Below are positions 6,708-14,472 of a DNA stretch of 17,658 nucleotides, in pieces. This stretch comes from an uncultured archaeon (GTDB lineage: Archaea; Iainarchaeota; Iainarchaeia; Iainarchaeales; CSSED10-239). The notes under the pieces were generated by a model. The model made no database searches and was not told the origin of the DNA. It saw nothing but the letters and a program-made list of their open reading frames with translations. The stretch lies in contig CAZCAP010000007.1 in the NCBI GenBank assembly GCA_964496765.1, positions 1 to 17,658 on the forward strand, given 5' to 3'. Every line of letters starts with the position of its first letter. The first letter of the stretch is position 1. A program made the position numbers and the translations under genes.

Positions 6708-7303
6708 AATAAATACCTTTCTAGTTTATTTTTAACTTCTAATAAATTAATAAATTCAGATAATTTATTTTGATCTAATCTATCCTCAAATAATTTGTAT
6801 AAATATCTTGCATCTTCTATATCTTTCTCGCTTCCAAGATATAACTTATATGCAATTTGCAATTCAAATGAAGAAATGAATAATTTATTTTTATTTAAAT
6901 TAACTTCAATTGAATTTGCTAACACCCAATTTTCTATATCTGTTGCAGGAGTTTTTATCTCCATATTTGGAATAAAAGTATCTATTTTTGCAAATCTTAG
7001 TCTGTCTTTTGATTTAAAATAATCATCATAGGCCATTTTTGGGTCATCTACCAATATACATTCAAATTTGGTGTGCAATTCGGTCCAAAATTCACTAAAT
7101 TTTGAATAATCCATATTTTCTATAATTAAATCAACATCTTCAGATCCTCTTGATCTTCCAAAAAGAATAGCAACATATCCAGAAACAATTACATATTTAA
7201 TAGCTAATTTATTTAATATATTTACAAAATCCAGTGTGAATAAATCTAAATCATTTAATTCTTTTTCTAGAATTATTTTGTTATTCATATACTCTATTTC
7301 CAT
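6704..7303 (-). CDS. Nucleotidyltransferase-fold protein (minimal NTase / DUF2204- or AbiEii-like)
   Basis: 199-aa ORF. The segment VSGYVAILFGRSRGSEDVDLIIE fits the hG[GS]...D.D NTase signature. The C-terminal helical part, with ELQIAYKLYLGSEKDIEDARYL, resembles the KD..D motif of that group. Ends in TGA. Confidence 0.55.
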   Translation of the reverse strand: MEIEYMNNKIILEKELNDLDLFTLDFVNILNKLAIKYVIVSGYVAILFGRSRGSEDVDLIIENMDYSKFSEFWTELHTKFECILVDDPKMAYDDYFKSKDRLRFAKIDTFIPNMEIKTPATDIENWVLANSIEVNLNKNKLFISSFELQIAYKLYLGSEKDIEDARYLYKLFEDRLDQNKLSEFINLLEVKNKLERYLL

Positions 7304-7321
7304 ATATTATATAACAAAGCA

Positions 7322-7361
7322 AAAGAATATATCCCTTTCGGGAGGGTAGCTGTCCAAGCAA
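7322..7361 (-). repeat. Intergenic element B, copy 1 (upstream of the NTase-fold gene)
   Basis: On the minus strand it reads TTGCTTGGACAGCTACCCTCCCGAAAGGGATATATTCTTT, starting 58 nt upstream of the ATG at 7303. The first 18 nt match 14434..14451 at 17/18. The rest is about 80 percent similar and includes the trailing ATATAT TATA-like run. Confidence 0.6.
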
Positions 7362-7383
7362 ATAAAGTAATTTAAAAATAGGT

Positions 7384-7405
7384 GTCCAATAAATATAACA
7401 ATAAA
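7384..7405 (-). repeat. Intergenic element A, copy 2 (lemA / NTase intergenic region)
   Basis: gtccaataaatataacaataaa matches 6519..6540 at 21/22. Its TTGGACA heptamer (7389..7383) lies 32 nt from the TTGGACA in element B (7357..7351). Confidence 0.6.
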
Positions 7406-7450
7406 CACACAATAGAATATAAATAAAATAAAAAAAGAAAAAGGAAAGAA

Positions 7451-8005
7451 TTAGAATGAAACTTTTACATTCTTCTTCTCTGCTTCAGCGGTTTCTAAGA
7501 AATTCTTTTCTGGGAACTTAAACATTTTTGCAAATACACTTGTTGGAAACATCTGTGTCTTGTTATTGTACATTAATACTGAATCATTGTAGTATTGTCT
7601 TGAATATGCAATCTTGTTTTCTATTCCAGATAATTCTTCCTGTAGTGTTAAAAAATTCTGACTTGCTTTTAAGTCTGGATAATTCTCAACAACAACATTT
7701 AATATTCCAGAAACTGCTTTTGCCATCTTATCATCAGCCTTCATTTTAAGATCTCTATCCTTTGCATTCATAGCTTGATTTCTAAGCTGTGTAATTTCAG
7801 TTAGAGTATCTCTTTCATGCTTCATATAACCTTTAACTGTTTCAATTAGGTTTGGAACAAGGTCATATCTTTTTTTAAGCTGAACATCAATCTGGCTCCA
7901 TGCGTTTTCAACATTGTTTCTTGTTCTAATTAAACCATTATAGATTCCAAGAATAATTAGGAATAGCACAGCAATTATTATTAAAACTATTAGCCATATA
8001 AACAT
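7451..8005 (-). CDS. lemA: LemA family membrane protein
   Basis: 184 aa with an N-terminal TM helix, then YNGLIRTRNNVENAWSQIDVQLKKRYDLVPNLIETVKGYMKHE, characteristic of LemA. GGAGGG SD upstream. Ends in TAA. Confidence 0.85.
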   Translation of the reverse strand: MFIWLIVLIIIAVLFLIILGIYNGLIRTRNNVENAWSQIDVQLKKRYDLVPNLIETVKGYMKHERDTLTEITQLRNQAMNAKDRDLKMKADDKMAKAVSGILNVVVENYPDLKASQNFLTLQEELSGIENKIAYSRQYYNDSVLMYNNKTQMFPTSVFAKMFKFPEKNFLETAEAEKKNVKVSF

Positions 8006-8109
8006 AACTTATCTTCCCTCCTTTTCATTAAAATAATTTATTCTAATATATATAGGTAGGAAATATTAATAAAGTCTGTGTTTTTATATAAAAAAAACTA
8101 GATAAAATA

Positions 8110-8123
8110 GGAATATATATTCC
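8110..8123. promoter_or_regulatory. Perfect 14-nt palindrome GGAATATATATTCC between the small Cys-motif gene and lemA
   Basis: Read directly from the sequence. The inner 12-mer GAATATATATTC recurs exactly at 14461..14472, in the TATA part of element B copy 2. The flanks gataaaata / atattttat are partly inverted. Confidence 0.35.
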
Positions 8124-8152
8124 ATATTTTATTTTATCAAATAATACTATTT

Positions 8153-8431
8153 TCAAGGTAAATAACAATCCTCTGGACAATTTAGTGGATTCTCTCCTTG
8201 GGTTAATTCACAAATCCCGTTCCCACACCAGGGTGCAAGCTCAGCCGATATCTTACTTATTGCTTGATGACTTTGAAGATAGGTCATTTCTGTTTCATGT
8301 TTGATTGCAGGGGATGCATAGATAATGCTAAATAACACGCCCATTCCTAGAATTGTTATTATTAGAATAGTAAGAAGCTTTTTACTATTTAATTTACTAT
8401 TCAATTTACTTAGATACTTTGTTTGTCTCAT
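8153..8431 (-). CDS. Small secreted or membrane-anchored protein with a C-terminal CGNGxCE...CPEDC motif
   Basis: I prefer the internal ATG at 8431 (MRQTKYL...) because AAGGAGAAATCAAAT-ATG gives a strong SD. This yields 92 aa: a basic N-terminus, a TM/signal helix LLTILIITILGMGVLFSIIYA, and the C-terminus WCGNGICELTQGENPLNCPEDCYLP. Ends in TGA. Confidence 0.6.
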   Translation of the reverse strand: MRQTKYLSKLNSKLNSKKLLTILIITILGMGVLFSIIYASPAIKHETEMTYLQSHQAISKISAELAPWCGNGICELTQGENPLNCPEDCYLP

Positions 8432-8747
8432 ATTTGATTTCTCCTTTGTTGTTTGATTAGTCGATAGTGATAGCTGTAATCTAAAGATACACAACTATCT
8501 TGAAATTCTTTACATTTTATTTTTTAAAAAGTGATTTTCAATTAAACATTTTTTGTAAAGATAATTAAAAAATGAATTGTTTAAAAAAACCCCTTCTTTA
8601 AAAAAACAAACGGATAAAGATTGTAAACCAATTTAAATATAAAAAGAATTGATTTGTAATCCAAATTTAAAAGAAGAAAATATTCGAAATAAAAAAAATT
8701 AGTTTACTATATGAAATTAAGATAAAAAGAAAAATAAAAGAAGAAGC

Positions 8748-11171
8748 TTATTTCTTCTTTAACTTCTTTTCGGTTTTATCTATTAATAATGTTGTCTTAA
8801 CAACTGAGTCTGGATTTAAACTCATTGATTCTATTCCCTCATTAACAAGGAACTCAGCAAACTCTGGATAATCAGATGGTGCTTGACCGCATAATCCAAT
8901 ATATTTTTTCTTTTTCTTTGCAATCTTAATTACCTGAGAAATTAAAATCTTTACTGCTTCGTTTCTTTCATCATATATGCTTGTTAGAAGCTCAGAGTTT
9001 CTATCTAAACCAAGTGTTAATTGAGTTAAATCATTTGAACCTATTGAAAAACCATCAAAGATATCAAGGAATTTATCTGCAAGGATTACGTTTGATGGAA
9101 TTTCACACATCCCAATAATCTTTAAACCATTTTCTCCCTGTTTTAATCCATTCTTCTTTAATTCATCAATAACTTTTTTTGCTTCATCAATGGTTCTACA
9201 AAAAGGAACCATTATTTGTATGTTTGTTAATCCAAACTCTTCTCTTGCTTTCTTAATTGCTTTACATTCAAGAGCAAATCCTTCTCTATAGTTTCCTTGA
9301 TAGTAACGAGAAGCACCTCTCCAACCAATCATTGGGTTTGATTCTATTGGTTCGTAGGCCTTTCCACCAATTAGGTTTGCGTATTCATCAGTTTTAAAAT
9401 CAGATAAACGAAGAATAACTTTCTTTGGATAGAAAGCAGAACCAATTCTTGCAATTCCATAGGCAAGCTTATCAATAAAATATTGAACTTTATTTGAATA
9501 CCCAATTGTTAGCTTATCAATCTTACTTTTAACTAATTTATCTGTAATCTTATTATAATTAATTAAAGCAAGTGGATGGATCTGTATCCAAGAATTAATA
9601 ATAAACTCCTCACGAGCAAGACCAACACCATCATTTGGTAAAAATGATAATTCAAATGCATCTTCTGGATTACCCACATTCATTAGTATCTTTGTTTTTG
9701 TATCTGGAAGCTTATTAACTGCAACAGAATGTATATCAAATTTCAATAGACCTTTATAAACAAAGCCCTGGTCTCCTGATGAACAATCAACAGTTACTAA
9801 TTCTCCTTGTTTAATTTTTTCTGTTCCATTTCCTGTTCCAACAATGCAGGGAATACCTAACTCTCTTGCAATGATTGCTGCATGACAGGTTCTTCCACCC
9901 TTGTTTGTTACAATTCCTGATGCGATTTTCATGATTGGTTCCCAATCAGGATCAGTCATTTGGGTTACAAGTATTTCTCCTTTTTTAAATTTGCTGATGT
10001 CTTTAACATCTCTAATTACATTTGCTTTACCATTTGAAATCATTTGTCCAATACTTGTTCCAATAACAAATGGTTCTTTATGCTCTGCAAGTATATAGGT
10101 AACATAATTATTTCTATTCTTTCTTGATTGAACAGTTTCTGGTCTTGCTTGAACAATAAATAACTTTTTGGTTACTCCATCAAGCGCCCATTCCATGTCC
10201 ATTGGCTTATAGTGTTTAGCTTTCTTTGAATAATGATCTTCAATAATTATTGCCCACTTTGCTAATTGAAGTATTTGATCATCATTTATGCAAAACTTCT
10301 GTCTATCCTTAATATCTACAGAAATATTTTTAGTTGGGTTTTTTGCAGTCTTATCATAAATCATTTTTATTGATTTTTCTCCGATCTTCTTTGAGATGAT
10401 TGCTTTGTATCCTTTATTCAATGTTTCTTTGAAAACATAAAACTCATCAGGAGTAACTGCTCCCTGTACTACGTTTTCTCCTAATCCATAGGCAGCATTA
10501 ATAACAATAACTCCAGAAAAACCTGTTTCTGTATCCAATGAAAACATAACCCCTGAAGAACCAACATCACTTCTTACCATTTTCTGCACACCAATTGATA
10601 ATGCAATTTTGAAATGATCAAACTTCTTATCAACCCTATAGGATATTGCTCTGTTTGTGAAAAGTGAAGCAAAGCATTTCTTACAGGCTTCCAGTAGTGC
10701 TTTTTCTCCTCTAATATGTAAATAGGTTTCCTGTTGTCCAGCAAAGGATGCATCAGGAAGATCTTCTGCTGTTGCTGAACTTCTTACAGCAACATCAACT
10801 TCTTTAACTCCTTCCATTTCAGAAAGTTTATGATAATGTTTATATATTTGATTTTCTAAATCTTTAGGAAAAGAAGCATTAACTATTAGATTTCTAATTG
10901 CTGCTCCCTTTTCTGCAAGGGATTTCATATTGGTTGTATCTAGATCACTTAATATTCTTCTAATTTCTTTTTTAATACCTGATTTTTCAAGTAGGTATCT
11001 ATAGGCGGTTGCAGTAATCGAAAATCCATTTGGAATAGGAACTCCTTTCTTTGATAAAGTAGAATACATTTCTCCAAGAGATGCATTTTTCCCTCCAACG
11101 AGTGGAACATCTTTAATAGTTGTTTCCTTAAACCATAAAATTAATTTTTTCTTTCTTTGTTTATCAACCAT
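8748..11171 (-). CDS. ppsA: Phosphoenolpyruvate synthase (pyruvate, water dikinase)
   Basis: 807 aa. N-terminal ATP-grasp region VGGKNASLGEM, phospho-His motif GGRTCHAAIIARELGIPCIVG, and C-terminal PEP-utilising domain with GSNDLTQ and CGQAPSD. GGGAG SD upstream. Ends in TAA. Confidence 0.93.
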   Translation of the reverse strand: MVDKQRKKKLILWFKETTIKDVPLVGGKNASLGEMYSTLSKKGVPIPNGFSITATAYRYLLEKSGIKKEIRRILSDLDTTNMKSLAEKGAAIRNLIVNASFPKDLENQIYKHYHKLSEMEGVKEVDVAVRSSATAEDLPDASFAGQQETYLHIRGEKALLEACKKCFASLFTNRAISYRVDKKFDHFKIALSIGVQKMVRSDVGSSGVMFSLDTETGFSGVIVINAAYGLGENVVQGAVTPDEFYVFKETLNKGYKAIISKKIGEKSIKMIYDKTAKNPTKNISVDIKDRQKFCINDDQILQLAKWAIIIEDHYSKKAKHYKPMDMEWALDGVTKKLFIVQARPETVQSRKNRNNYVTYILAEHKEPFVIGTSIGQMISNGKANVIRDVKDISKFKKGEILVTQMTDPDWEPIMKIASGIVTNKGGRTCHAAIIARELGIPCIVGTGNGTEKIKQGELVTVDCSSGDQGFVYKGLLKFDIHSVAVNKLPDTKTKILMNVGNPEDAFELSFLPNDGVGLAREEFIINSWIQIHPLALINYNKITDKLVKSKIDKLTIGYSNKVQYFIDKLAYGIARIGSAFYPKKVILRLSDFKTDEYANLIGGKAYEPIESNPMIGWRGASRYYQGNYREGFALECKAIKKAREEFGLTNIQIMVPFCRTIDEAKKVIDELKKNGLKQGENGLKIIGMCEIPSNVILADKFLDIFDGFSIGSNDLTQLTLGLDRNSELLTSIYDERNEAVKILISQVIKIAKKKKKYIGLCGQAPSDYPEFAEFLVNEGIESMSLNPDSVVKTTLLIDKTEKKLKKK

Positions 11172-11240
11172 AACTTAACAACTCCCTAAATATTTATATA
11201 AATATAATTACAATAATAGAAATACATACACTTTTTATAA

Positions 11241-12953
11241 TTAGCGGGCTCCACCGCCGCCACCGCCGCCGCCACCACCAAATCCTCCTCCTCCTCCACC
11301 AGAAGAAAATCCTGAGCTTCCTCCTGCTGATGGACGTGATGATGGAATTGAAGAGATTACTGCTGAGGTCATTGCAAATGTTGAAAAGGAACTAAATTTA
11401 GAATGAGCGGTTACTTCTTTTGGTAATATTTGACCAATAACCTTGGATGCTTCCTTAGCAACCCCAAAAGCAGTTGCATAAACCATATATTGTTCCCAAA
11501 TAATTACAGATGCTGGTGGATGTTGCTTCATTAACGAAAAGTCAGTTATATAATTTTTAAATCCTTCCCATTTTAAGTGTTTAATTATTCCTTCCTTTGT
11601 AAATCTACCAAACAAAATGTTTTGTTTATTAATTTTAATTGAATATACTAATAATCCAATAAACAATATAAAGAAAGATAAAAGAAAGAACATAAAAGCA
11701 ATCACTAGAGATATTGAAATAATAGTGCCTGTAATTACTGCACCTTTCTTTTCAAAAAGTCCACTTGTTTTTGTGAACCATTTTTCATAGGATGAATTTG
11801 TTTTTTTATATAAATCCATGTAGGTTGTATCATAGGTTAATTTTGATTTAAGTTGTTTAATCTCAACCACACCATCTGGAAACTTTTTAATTAGTAAATC
11901 ATTAATTTTAGAAATGTATTCAGGAAGAACACTCTTACTTGCGTTTTTTCTTCTAATTAGAATAACTGATTTACCTTGTTTCTCAATATCATAATACTTT
12001 TTCCAAACTAGATATAACAAAGCTGAAGAAAACCAATTCTTTGAAAAATTACCATTAAGCAAATAGTTTGCTTCTATTGGATTTTCATCTCCAGGAAGAT
12101 CTCTTTCATATATTCCAAGATATCCAACCTCTTCTTTCTTGTATTCTTTTCCAAATAAGAACCAAATAAAGAATAAAACTACAAAAACAATAAAAAGAAA
12201 TATTATGTTTTTTATTATATATGATATAATTGCTTTTGTTTTATTTACTGGGGTTTGGGCCATGTAATCATCATAGCCAGCTTGCCAATTCTGCTCAAGT
12301 TGTTTAACACTTTCTATTGTTGCACTTCTATCTCCCCAAGCAAGTTCATCTTCTAGAAACCAGGACTTTGGCATCAATAAATTAATTTCAAGTATCTCAT
12401 TTGGTATTACTTCCTTGCTTATCAATATTTTATTTTTATCAAAATTAAGTTCATAATCAGTTGAATGAATAAAATAAGTTGTATCATTAGCATCTCCTGG
12501 TAAATTAATAATTATATTTACATTTGGATAGGCATCTGTTTGCCCACCATATAGTTTATAATAAAATTGGGTCCCATCAATTAACCCCCAAATCTGATTA
12601 TCCACATCATAATTAAAATAAGTAATAATAGAAGTATCACAATAATCTCCTCTAAGAATTAATTCTTTTTCTCCAGAAATTGTGTCTGTTGGTTTGTAAA
12701 CAAACTCACAAGTTGAACCAATACAATAACCACTTGGATTAATAATTTCTAGGTTGTTTGGTTTTTGAATATACAATTCTTTATAGCACCCACTAAGTTC
12801 ATAGTTCCATTTCTCAGAAATATTAACTATTCCATTAGGATTAAGAGTATAATTAATATCTATGTCAGAAACAGAGAAAGAACGAGCAGAAATTGTAGGT
12901 ATTAACATTATGATTATTAGGAATAATAATAAAAGTTTATTTTTATAAATCAT
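11241..12953 (-). CDS. DUF2207-type membrane protein with a poly-Gly C-terminal tail
   Basis: I prefer the ATG at 12953 (MIYKNKLLLLFLIIIMLIPTISA, a signal-like sequence), 4 nt after the SGNH gene stop. Architecture: extracellular domain, one TM, a cytoplasmic segment, more TMs, then the tail GGSSGFSSGGGGGGFGGGGGGGGGGAR. This matches DUF2207 proteins as I remember them. Confidence 0.65.
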   Translation of the reverse strand: MIYKNKLLLLFLIIIMLIPTISARSFSVSDIDINYTLNPNGIVNISEKWNYELSGCYKELYIQKPNNLEIINPSGYCIGSTCEFVYKPTDTISGEKELILRGDYCDTSIITYFNYDVDNQIWGLIDGTQFYYKLYGGQTDAYPNVNIIINLPGDANDTTYFIHSTDYELNFDKNKILISKEVIPNEILEINLLMPKSWFLEDELAWGDRSATIESVKQLEQNWQAGYDDYMAQTPVNKTKAIISYIIKNIIFLFIVFVVLFFIWFLFGKEYKKEEVGYLGIYERDLPGDENPIEANYLLNGNFSKNWFSSALLYLVWKKYYDIEKQGKSVILIRRKNASKSVLPEYISKINDLLIKKFPDGVVEIKQLKSKLTYDTTYMDLYKKTNSSYEKWFTKTSGLFEKKGAVITGTIISISLVIAFMFFLLSFFILFIGLLVYSIKINKQNILFGRFTKEGIIKHLKWEGFKNYITDFSLMKQHPPASVIIWEQYMVYATAFGVAKEASKVIGQILPKEVTAHSKFSSFSTFAMTSAVISSIPSSRPSAGGSSGFSSGGGGGGFGGGGGGGGGGAR

Positions 12954-12957
12954 ATAT

Positions 12958-13581
12958 TCACCAAATTTTTTTAGATTTCCCAAAAGTAATTAATTTCTTT
13001 GCAAAATATTTGTTTCCTTTCTTATTCAAATGAATTCCATCTTCTTTCACTAATAGTTTAGTATAATGTGGTTGATTTTTAAAATCATTAAACAAATCTA
13101 AGAAAAGAACCTTATCTTTTTTACAAATTAATTTCATTAGTTCATTATATATTTTTAAGTTCCTATTATAACAAAATTCATTCTCATCCCAAATGGTGGG
13201 TGTTGTTTTTGATTCATCACAGGGAATAAATCCAGTAACTATTATTTCTTTTGTATATTTTTTTGATAGTTTAATAATTTCTTTAAAATTAGCAATAAAC
13301 TTCTTTTCAGAGGTATTTATTTTATTTTTCATAATGTTGGTGTCATTACTACCTATATGTAAAACAATTATATTTGGTGCTCTTGCTTTTGCTTCAACAC
13401 CTATTCTTTTTAATAATCCACAGGTTGTTTCTCCAGATATCCCTTGATTATAAACAAGATTATTTTCATTTAATTTAGATACATATTTTAATAAAATTAG
13501 AACCCAATTATCATACAACTCATAATATTCATTAGAAACTAAACTATCTCCAAAAACACAAATTCTTTTTTCTCTAATCAT
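12958..13581 (-). CDS. SGNH/GDSL-family hydrolase
   Basis: 207 aa with all four SGNH blocks: block I VFGDSLV, block II GISGETT, block III HIGSNDT, block V DGIHLN. Its start lies 1 nt after the upstream gene's TAA. Confidence 0.8.
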   Translation of the reverse strand: MIREKRICVFGDSLVSNEYYELYDNWVLILLKYVSKLNENNLVYNQGISGETTCGLLKRIGVEAKARAPNIIVLHIGSNDTNIMKNKINTSEKKFIANFKEIIKLSKKYTKEIIVTGFIPCDESKTTPTIWDENEFCYNRNLKIYNELMKLICKKDKVLFLDLFNDFKNQPHYTKLLVKEDGIHLNKKGNKYFAKKLITFGKSKKIW

Positions 13582-13582
13582 A

Positions 13583-14398
13583 TTAAATGAACTCCTTCAT
13601 TCTAGTGTATCTTCCTTTATCTTTTGCTTTTGGATCTAGTTTCTTATATTGAATAGCTTTCTGTGGACAGAAATTATAGCACCGAGTACATGAAACGCAA
13701 TTATTTGAAAACTTAACTTCTCTTTTCATTTTTTTAACAACTATGTTCTTTGTTGGACAAATCTCTTGACAGGTACCACAGAGAATACACTTATCCTTAT
13801 CAACCACCCATTGTGGTTTCCTAAGTTGCTTACTAAACCCCCAATGAATTAAAGAATGAATCATTCTTAAAAATAGGTTTCTATTAATTATCTTCCTTTG
13901 CCCAGAAAGAATTAAATCAAAATCAAGTTTTACTTTTTCATCCACTAGCTTTATTTTGTTTTCAATAACATCTGGTTTATCAACATCCTTATTAAACATA
14001 TAACTTGCATTGCTTGGCATAGAATATGCAAATGTTCCAATCACATCATAATTCTTTTTTTCTAGTATTTTTTTAGCAACCGAAAGAGAAGAACCACTCT
14101 GTCCAGCACAAACCCCAATAACTATAACCTTCTTATTTTCAACACTTGGAAGTTGCTTTAGAAAATCAATTACGAAGCTTGGAGGATACCATGCATAAAC
14201 AGGGAACCCAATAATTAGAAATTCATAATCTTTTTGGCTTGTAACAACAAGAATATCTTCAATCTTTTTCTTCTCAATAGTTATCTGATTTTCTTTAAAT
14301 AAGTCACACCAGGAATTAATAACATAGGAAGTATTTCCTGTTCCAGAAAAATAATAGGCAACTCCTGATTTTAGATCTTTAATATCCTTTGAAACCAT
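13583..14398 (-). CDS. Flavodoxin-like domain fused to a 2x[4Fe-4S] ferredoxin domain (EFR1-family-like ferredoxin)
   Basis: 271 aa. N-terminal YYFSGTGNT flavodoxin-like loop. C-terminal CILCGTCQEICP and CVSCTRCYNFCP cluster motifs. Confidence 0.7.
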   Translation of the reverse strand: MVSKDIKDLKSGVAYYFSGTGNTSYVINSWCDLFKENQITIEKKKIEDILVVTSQKDYEFLIIGFPVYAWYPPSFVIDFLKQLPSVENKKVIVIGVCAGQSGSSLSVAKKILEKKNYDVIGTFAYSMPSNASYMFNKDVDKPDVIENKIKLVDEKVKLDFDLILSGQRKIINRNLFLRMIHSLIHWGFSKQLRKPQWVVDKDKCILCGTCQEICPTKNIVVKKMKREVKFSNNCVSCTRCYNFCPQKAIQYKKLDPKAKDKGRYTRMKEFI

Positions 14399-14433
14399 AC
14401 CTTATAATATATTAGATAAGATTTATATTGATT

Positions 14434-14472
14434 TTGCTTGGACAGCCACCCCTCCAAAAAGAATATATATTC
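14434..14472 (+). repeat. Intergenic element B, copy 2 (upstream of the kinase-fold gene)
   Basis: TTGCTTGGACAGCCACCCCTCCAAAAAGAATATATATTC starts 72 nt upstream of the ATG at 14506. It has the same orientation relative to its downstream gene as copy 1. Confidence 0.6.

Noticed and set aside
7332-7343. Small hairpin TCCC-TTTC-GGGA inside element B copy 1, as a possible structured RNA or terminator
   Set aside because: The corresponding part of copy 2 (cctccaaaaag) cannot form it. Conservation is at the primary-sequence level only, which favours a protein-binding DNA site over an RNA structure.
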